Origin: Anaerolineae bacterium
GTDB lineage: Bacteria; Chloroflexota; Anaerolineae; UBA1429
Reading direction: 5' to 3'
NCBI GenBank assembly: GCA_963675785.1
Contig: OY776562.1
Span: 1,696,001-1,760,000 of the forward strand
DNA length: 64,000 nucleotides
The first letter of the stretch is position 1. Every line of letters starts with the position of its first letter. Positions 58,276 to 64,000 of this stretch are shown here, in pieces. The notes beneath the pieces were generated by a model, which ran no database searches, was not told the origin of the DNA, and saw nothing but the letters and a program-made list of their open reading frames with translations. The position numbers and the translations under genes are program-made.

Positions 58276-59613
58276 CTACATATCGGCGTCGGCCACCATC
58301 TCCAGGGCCTCGCCAAGATCGGCTGCCTTGGGTGGTTCGGTGTGGCGCACCGCCAGGGTAAAGCCGAGGGCGATAAATATGGCGATAGAGGCAAAGAGGA
58401 ACATAACCACCAGGTTATCGGACAGGTCAAACAGCCAGCCAACAAACACCGGCGATGTAGAAGCGGCCAGCATGGAGAAAAAGTAATACAACCCGGTATA
58501 GGCGCCTAGCTTTTCAGGTGGCGCCAGATCGGCTACCACCGGCAGCGAGTTGATGTTCACACACGCCCAGGCCAACCCGGATAGCACCAGCATGACGGTG
58601 ATAAAAGTGGGATTTGAGATAAACCACACCGCCAACCACAAGGTGCCCATCACTGCCAAGCCCGTGACAATGGTGCGCTTGCGGCCAATGCGCGTGCCAA
58701 TCAGGCCAGCAGGCACCGCAAAGACCAAAAAGGACATGGCCATATAGGTAAGCATGGTGCTGCCCTTACCCACTGCCTCATCAGCCGTCATCAGGCCGGC
58801 GGCCACCTGGGGAGCATAGAGCACTTCGCTGGTATAAGAAGTCCAAAAGGTCTCCAGGGCATTATACCCGGTAAACCAGAAAAAGATGGCCAGGCAGATA
58901 AAGAGAGCGCTCTTGTCCTCCGCGGTGAACAAGCCACCCACGTTTCGTAGCGTCTCCATAAAGCTCTTGCCAAAGCCAGGACGTTCAGCCTTGGCCGAGG
59001 CCTCAGTGGTACGGAACTCTTCTGGTTCTTTAACAAAAAAGATGACAATCGCTTCGGCGATGAGCATGACGATCGCGGCCAAGAGGAACGGGTAAACGGT
59101 GTTATAGCCAAAAAGCGTGCCGCCCACCAAAAAGGCGATCACCGTGCCCAGGCCGCCCATGAGATTGATAATGCCGTTGGCCTTGCTGCGCAGCTCTGGT
59201 GGCGTGATATCCGGCATCAATGTCACCGTCGGTGTGCGGAATATAGCCATAGACACATTCATCACAATGATTACTGAGGTCATCAGCCACAACCCCATCG
59301 AATTGAGGGGCATGGCATTATGTACAATCGGAATGAGGATCATAAAAATGGCCGCAACGGGGGCCCCGATCATGATAAAGGGGATGCGCCGACCCCAGCG
59401 CGTACGTACACCATCGCTGAGCTGGCCGATAAAGGGTAGCAATGTGATTCCCAGGATGTTGTCAAAGACCATGACAAAACCCACCAACCACCAGGGCAGG
59501 GAATAATCCCGCAACATGGGCGGCACAAACGAGTTGTACACCGACCACATGATGCTGATGCCGAAAAATCCAAACCCCAGCACTGCCGTACGCTTCCAGT
59601 CGAGCTTTTTCAC
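58276..59613 (-). CDS. MFS sugar transporter (SLC45/GPH-like)
   Basis: LGFGFFGIS..W..YN, SD..RTRWGRRIPFI, FRTP.V.LMPD.TP, TGLYYFFS; AAGGAGG RBS before the GTG. Confidence 0.88.
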   Translation of the reverse strand: MKKLDWKRTAVLGFGFFGISIMWSVYNSFVPPMLRDYSLPWWLVGFVMVFDNILGITLLPFIGQLSDGVRTRWGRRIPFIMIGAPVAAIFMILIPIVHNAMPLNSMGLWLMTSVIIVMNVSMAIFRTPTVTLMPDITPPELRSKANGIINLMGGLGTVIAFLVGGTLFGYNTVYPFLLAAIVMLIAEAIVIFFVKEPEEFRTTEASAKAERPGFGKSFMETLRNVGGLFTAEDKSALFICLAIFFWFTGYNALETFWTSYTSEVLYAPQVAAGLMTADEAVGKGSTMLTYMAMSFLVFAVPAGLIGTRIGRKRTIVTGLAVMGTLWLAVWFISNPTFITVMLVLSGLAWACVNINSLPVVADLAPPEKLGAYTGLYYFFSMLAASTSPVFVGWLFDLSDNLVVMFLFASIAIFIALGFTLAVRHTEPPKAADLGEALEMVADADM

Positions 59614-59790
59614 AACGGACCTCCTTGTCGCGCAGCATCCATCCGGCGCATCATAACACGTCGCAAAATGGTCGGCAATGGTGAAAATAGGCTTTCGAGC
59701 GCTTGACCCCATTGCACGAACGGCTAGACTAGAGACAAATGGAGCGGTGTCGTCAAGACGCCGCAGCATAAAGCCATTCAGGAGGCTATT

Positions 59791-60609
59791 GTGGAAAAGT
59801 TTGCATCGCTTCAAGCGAATCAGGGTGTTAATCCTCTCCCCTACAATCCCTGCAAGCTGCTGGGATTTGAACTCGTTGTGTTGACCGACGGACAGACGGT
59901 CAAGGGCAGTACGGCTAACCGCGAAGTGCTGGCAGTTCTGCTGGGAGGCAAAGCCACCTTTGAGGTGGCCGGCAAGACCTTTGAAAAAGTCGGCGGCCGC
60001 GCCAACGTGTTCGGTGGCAAGCCCTATTCAGTGTACATGCCCGCTGGTGCCGATTACACCATCACTGGCGTAGGCAACGTTCAAATCGCCCTCACCAGCG
60101 CTCCCTCGGACCTTGAGGCAGAGCCCTATGTCATCGCCCCCAGCCAGGTTGCCAACGGCATCTGGGGTGCTGCTAATTTCAAGCGCTACTATCACGAGAT
60201 CCTCACCGGCACCAGCCAGCCTGACCTGCCGGCTCGCCGCCTCATCGTGGGCGAGACCTTTACACCCAGCGGTAACTGGAGCACCTACCCGGCTCACAAG
60301 CACGAGGTAGATAACCTACCCGCCGAAGCCTACATGGAAGAGATGTACTATTTCAGAGTGAATCCGGCCAACGGCATTGGCATTTGCCGCTGGTTCAACG
60401 ATGCTGGCGAAGAGCACAACTTTACCGTGCGCGATAACACCATCCTCATGGCACCCGATGGCTACCATACCGTGGTCAGCACGCCCGGTTACATGACCTA
60501 CTATCTCTGGTTCTTGGCTGGTACGCAGCGCGTTCAGGCCACAGTGGCCGATCCTGTCGCAGGTTGGGTCAACAATACAATACCGATGCTCAAAGAGCTT
60601 GGTTTCTGA
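59791..60609 (+). CDS. IolB/KduI family uronate isomerase (IolB-type signature)
   Basis: GETFTPSGNWSTYPAHKHE, EEMYYFR, GYH.V, YYLW.LAG. Confidence 0.88.
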   Translation: MEKFASLQANQGVNPLPYNPCKLLGFELVVLTDGQTVKGSTANREVLAVLLGGKATFEVAGKTFEKVGGRANVFGGKPYSVYMPAGADYTITGVGNVQIALTSAPSDLEAEPYVIAPSQVANGIWGAANFKRYYHEILTGTSQPDLPARRLIVGETFTPSGNWSTYPAHKHEVDNLPAEAYMEEMYYFRVNPANGIGICRWFNDAGEEHNFTVRDNTILMAPDGYHTVVSTPGYMTYYLWFLAGTQRVQATVADPVAGWVNNTIPMLKELGF

Positions 60610-60618
60610 GGTAAACGC

Positions 60619-61386
60619 ATGAATATCATTGACAAGTTTCGTTTGGATGGCAAGGTTGCACTCGTTACCGGTTGCGGACGCGGCTTAGGCCAGGGCATAG
60701 CTCTAGGCTTGGCTGAAGCCGGTGCCGATATCGCCGGTCTTTACAGCCACACCCAGGGCGATACCCAGGAAAAGGTTGAGGCACTGGGGCACAAATACAT
60801 GCCCATCCAGTGCGACCTGCTTGAGGCTTCAGCCGAAGACCTTCAGGCCGTCGTCAAGTCGGTCGTCGATGAATTCGGCCATCTGGACATTCTGGTGAAC
60901 AACGCTGGCACCATCCGTCGAGCCCCGGCCCTAGATTTTACCGAAAAGGACTGGTACGACGTGCTGCAAATCAATTTGTCGGCGCTGTTCTTCCTATCCC
61001 AGGCGGCGGGCCGTGTGATGGCCGCACAAGGCGGCGGCAAGATCATCAATGTGGCCTCCATGCTTTCTTATCAGGGCGGTGTCACTGTACCCTCGTATAC
61101 CGCTTCCAAGAGCGGCGTAGCTGGCCTAACCCACGCTCTCTGCAACGAGTGGGCTTCCAAGGGCATCAACGTCAACGCCATCGCCCCGGGTTATATGCGC
61201 ACCGATAACACCGCGGCCCTGCAGGCCAATCCCGAGCGCAACAAGGCCATCGTCGAGCGCATTCCCGCTGGCGATTGGGGCACGCCCGATGATCTCAAGG
61301 GTGTGGCTGTGTTCCTGGCTTCAGATGCTTCCAGCTATATGCACGGCACGCTTGTACCGGTTGACGGCGGCTGGCTCTCGCGCTAG
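60619..61386 (+). CDS. kduD: 2-dehydro-3-deoxy-D-gluconate 5-dehydrogenase
   Basis: TGCGRGLG, NNAGTIRR, ASMLSYQGG..VPSYTASKSG, NAIAPGYM.TDNT, VDGGWL.R. Confidence 0.92.
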   Translation: MNIIDKFRLDGKVALVTGCGRGLGQGIALGLAEAGADIAGLYSHTQGDTQEKVEALGHKYMPIQCDLLEASAEDLQAVVKSVVDEFGHLDILVNNAGTIRRAPALDFTEKDWYDVLQINLSALFFLSQAAGRVMAAQGGGKIINVASMLSYQGGVTVPSYTASKSGVAGLTHALCNEWASKGINVNAIAPGYMRTDNTAALQANPERNKAIVERIPAGDWGTPDDLKGVAVFLASDASSYMHGTLVPVDGGWLSR

Positions 61387-61427
61387 AACAACCCAGACAG
61401 TTCAAGCGATACCGTGGATCGCACGGA

Positions 61428-61464
61428 ACCCTGTACACTCGTAGTATGTGCGAGTGTACAGGGT
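61428..61464 (+). other. Intercistronic 14-16 bp hairpin between kduD and the first PL22 gene
   Basis: accctgtacactcg...cgagtgtacagggt. Confidence 0.6.
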
Positions 61465-61488
61465 ATATTATTGCAGCAGGGGGAACGC

Positions 61489-62655
61489 ATGATCGGGGAT
61501 ACTTGGCCATCTGAAAAGAGCACCTTCACTGACGAGAAAACCGGACGCACTGTGCAGCGCCTCACTACCACCGGCAACAACGTGCATCTCTATTTCACGG
61601 AGAACTCGTTCGGCGCCAACAAGAACGAGATCATCTTTGTTTCGGATCGAGCCGAGGGTGTGGACAAGCCCCCCGCCGAGAGCCGTATTCGCAATCTCTT
61701 CCGCATGGATCTCGGTACTGGCCTCATCACCCAACTCACTGCTGAATCTCTGGGGGTCGGCTCAGTCACTAAAACGCCAGACAGCCAAATCGTGGTTTAC
61801 GTCACTGGCAACTGTATCAAAAAGCTGGATACGACCACCGGCCAAACCACCGTGCTTTATGAGGAAACCGGCAACTATACCATGGGCTCCCCTTCCATTG
61901 CTTGCAATCGCCGCTATATCGCCTTTGCCCGCAACGAGAAAATCGATATCCACGTAGGCCCCAACTATGCCGGTTTCAAAGAGAGTTTTTATCGCTACAA
62001 GGATGGTCGCATTACCGTGGCCTATCTTGATGGATCGGGTTCTTTTGATGCTTTCAAAGATACCCACTGGGTCGGTCATTTCCAGTTTTGCCCCGATGAC
62101 CCCACCATCGCCACCTTTTGCCACGAGGGCCCCTGGAACCTGGTCACCCAGCGCATCTGGCTGCTCGACTTTTGCTCGCGCGAGGCCAAACCCTGTTATC
62201 GTCAGGAAGAATACGATTCCATCGGTCACGAGTTCTGGACCCAGGATGGTTATGTCTTTTTCGACGACCGCGGCCCCGGCCACGATGGCACCATCACCTC
62301 TGATCGCACGCAGGCCGTAGCCGCTGAGGTGGCTGTCAATCAGAACACCATGGTGCCCTTTGTCGGCCTGGTCGATCGTAACGGTAAGCTCATGCGCAAA
62401 ATCGACATGCCTTTTTACTGCAATCATTATCACGCCAACCCCGATAACACCCTACTAGTCGGCGATGATGTGGATGCTTTGGTGCTCATCGATATCTCCG
62501 GCGAAACGGCCACCCAAGAGCCGCTGATCTACCATGGTACTTCTTGGGGAACCGGCGATGCGCATTGCCATCCCACCTGGAGTTGGGACGGTTCGCGCGT
62601 TCTCTACGCTTCGGACAAGGGCGGCAAAATCAACCTTTATATGATCGAACCTTAG
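61489..62655 (+). CDS. Oligogalacturonate lyase family (PL22) protein, copy 1
   Basis: D.KTG....LT, HLYFT, HFQFCP, FCHEGPW..V.QRIW, GHEFW, HCHP. Confidence 0.88.
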   Translation: MIGDTWPSEKSTFTDEKTGRTVQRLTTTGNNVHLYFTENSFGANKNEIIFVSDRAEGVDKPPAESRIRNLFRMDLGTGLITQLTAESLGVGSVTKTPDSQIVVYVTGNCIKKLDTTTGQTTVLYEETGNYTMGSPSIACNRRYIAFARNEKIDIHVGPNYAGFKESFYRYKDGRITVAYLDGSGSFDAFKDTHWVGHFQFCPDDPTIATFCHEGPWNLVTQRIWLLDFCSREAKPCYRQEEYDSIGHEFWTQDGYVFFDDRGPGHDGTITSDRTQAVAAEVAVNQNTMVPFVGLVDRNGKLMRKIDMPFYCNHYHANPDNTLLVGDDVDALVLIDISGETATQEPLIYHGTSWGTGDAHCHPTWSWDGSRVLYASDKGGKINLYMIEP

Positions 62656-62752
62656 AAATAGGGTGACTTTTTCGGCCCGCGGAGTGGACAGTGGCCAGTT
62701 TTCGCGTTAGAACAACCGCAAGGCACTATCAGACCTTGTGCAGGAGGATTGA

Positions 62753-63919
62753 ATGATTGGAGATACCTGGGCTTCTGAAAAAAGCACCTTTATCGATGAA
62801 AAAACTGGGCGTACAATCCAGCGCCTTACCAAAACCGGTAATAATGTGCATCTTTACTTTACCGAGAACTCGTTCGATGCGAACAAAAACGCGATCATCT
62901 TTACTTCTGATCGCGCTTCGGGCCAGGACAAGGATCCAGCGGATGATCCCATCTACAACCTGTTCCGCATGAACCTGGACAGTGGCGAAATAACCCAACT
63001 GACCGATGAGCCTAATGGCATCCGCACGGTCACCAAAACGCCCGATAGCGGGATCGTCGTCTATGCCGCTGATAATCGCATCAAAAAGCTGGACACCCTT
63101 ACCGGCAAGACGACAGTGCTCTATGAAGAAGCGGGCAACTATGAGATTGGGCACCCCTCCATCGCTAGCAACCGTCGCTATGTCGCCTTTGTCCGCAACG
63201 AAGATATCAAGGTGAAACGCGGCGCAAACTATAGTGGTTTCAAAGACAGCTACTACCGTGTCAAAGACGGTCGCATCACCGTGGCCTACCTCGATGGCTC
63301 TGGTTCCTTTGACATTTTCAAAGACACTCACTGGCTGAATCACTTTCAGTTCTGTCCGGATGATCCCACCATTGCGTCCTTCTGCCACGAGGGCCCCTGG
63401 AACCTGGTCACTCAGCGCATCTGGTTGCTTGATTTCTGCTCAGGCGAAGCCAAACCCTGTTACCGTCAGGAAGAGTATGATTCCATCGGCCACGAGTTCT
63501 GGACCCAGGACAGCTATGTCTTTTTCGATGATCGTGGCCCCGGTCACGATGGCACCATCACCTCCGATCGCACCCAGGCCGTAGCCGCCGATATCGCCGT
63601 CAATGAGAACGATATGGTTCCCTTTGTCGGTTTGATTGATCGCAAGGGTAAGCTCGTGCGCCGTATCGATATGCCTTTTTACTGCAACCATTATCACGCC
63701 AATCCCGATAACAGTGTCTTGGTCGGCGATGATGTAGATACCTTGGTGCTCATCGATATCTCGGGCGAACAGGCCACGTTGGAAACATTGCTCTATCACG
63801 GCACATCCTGGCACACCCAAAGCGCTCATTGCCACCCCACTTGGAGTTGGGATGGTTCGCGCATCCTCTATGCTTCAGACAAGGGTGGGCGTGTCAACCT
63901 TTATATGGTCGAACTCTGA
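62753..63919 (+). CDS. Oligogalacturonate lyase family (PL22) protein, copy 2
   Basis: Close collinear paralog of copy 1 with the same motifs. Confidence 0.88.
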   Translation: MIGDTWASEKSTFIDEKTGRTIQRLTKTGNNVHLYFTENSFDANKNAIIFTSDRASGQDKDPADDPIYNLFRMNLDSGEITQLTDEPNGIRTVTKTPDSGIVVYAADNRIKKLDTLTGKTTVLYEEAGNYEIGHPSIASNRRYVAFVRNEDIKVKRGANYSGFKDSYYRVKDGRITVAYLDGSGSFDIFKDTHWLNHFQFCPDDPTIASFCHEGPWNLVTQRIWLLDFCSGEAKPCYRQEEYDSIGHEFWTQDSYVFFDDRGPGHDGTITSDRTQAVAADIAVNENDMVPFVGLIDRKGKLVRRIDMPFYCNHYHANPDNSVLVGDDVDTLVLIDISGEQATLETLLYHGTSWHTQSAHCHPTWSWDGSRILYASDKGGRVNLYMVEL

Positions 63920-63990
63920 TACTTTTCTGGATATTCCCTCAATCGAGAGGGTTGTCCTTTTACAAATCGTTTGGAACACAGGAGGATTGA

Positions 63991-64000
63991 ATGATCGGCG
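63991..64000 (+). CDS. Probable start of a third PL22 paralog (cut by the window edge)
   Basis: caggaggattga-ATGATCGGCG repeats the RBS and MIG start of copy 2 (caggaggattga-ATGATTGGAG). Confidence 0.6.

Noticed and set aside
61384-62717. Shared tagaacaacc 10-mer upstream of PL22 copies 1 and 2 as a duplication scar or operator
   Set aside because: Short, non-palindromic and at different distances from the starts; chance cannot be excluded.

Overview
A 64-kb chromosomal window of moderate GC content. It probably comes from an anaerobic Chloroflexota (Anaerolineae-like) bacterium; this is an inference from Tat-lipoprotein family-5 solute-binding proteins with Pro/Thr linkers, PA14/FG-GAP/BACON surface proteins and a recurring hydrophobic-P-x-hydrophobic-x-basic motif. 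I see no rRNA, tRNA, CRISPR array or transposase. The left half is mixed housekeeping and accessory genes: two orphan PAS/GAF histidine kinases, a subtilase preceded by a free-standing copy of its own propeptide, flavodoxins, a LipS1/LipS2-type lipoyl synthase pair next to gcvT, a large mosaic surface protein, KDPG aldolase and a Gld-like ABC exporter. The right half (about 33.4-64 kb) is an uronic-acid/pectin oligosaccharide catabolism region whose enzymes lack visible signal peptides: heparinase II/III-like x2, GH127-like, PL11-like, CE7, an IolB/KduI-family isomerase, KduD and PL22 x3. It also has ABC and MFS importers and many tandem paralogs. The strongest leads are: (1) the stand-alone propeptide/protease pair; (2) an unannotated 17-codon ORF with a near-perfect SD, embedded in a ~78-nt hairpin at 47335-47447; (3) a putative Chloroflexota export/sorting motif; (4) a near-identical SBP duplication showing signs of gene conversion; (5) an IolB-clade enzyme in the KduI position. 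All calls come from reading motifs by eye; no database searches were run.
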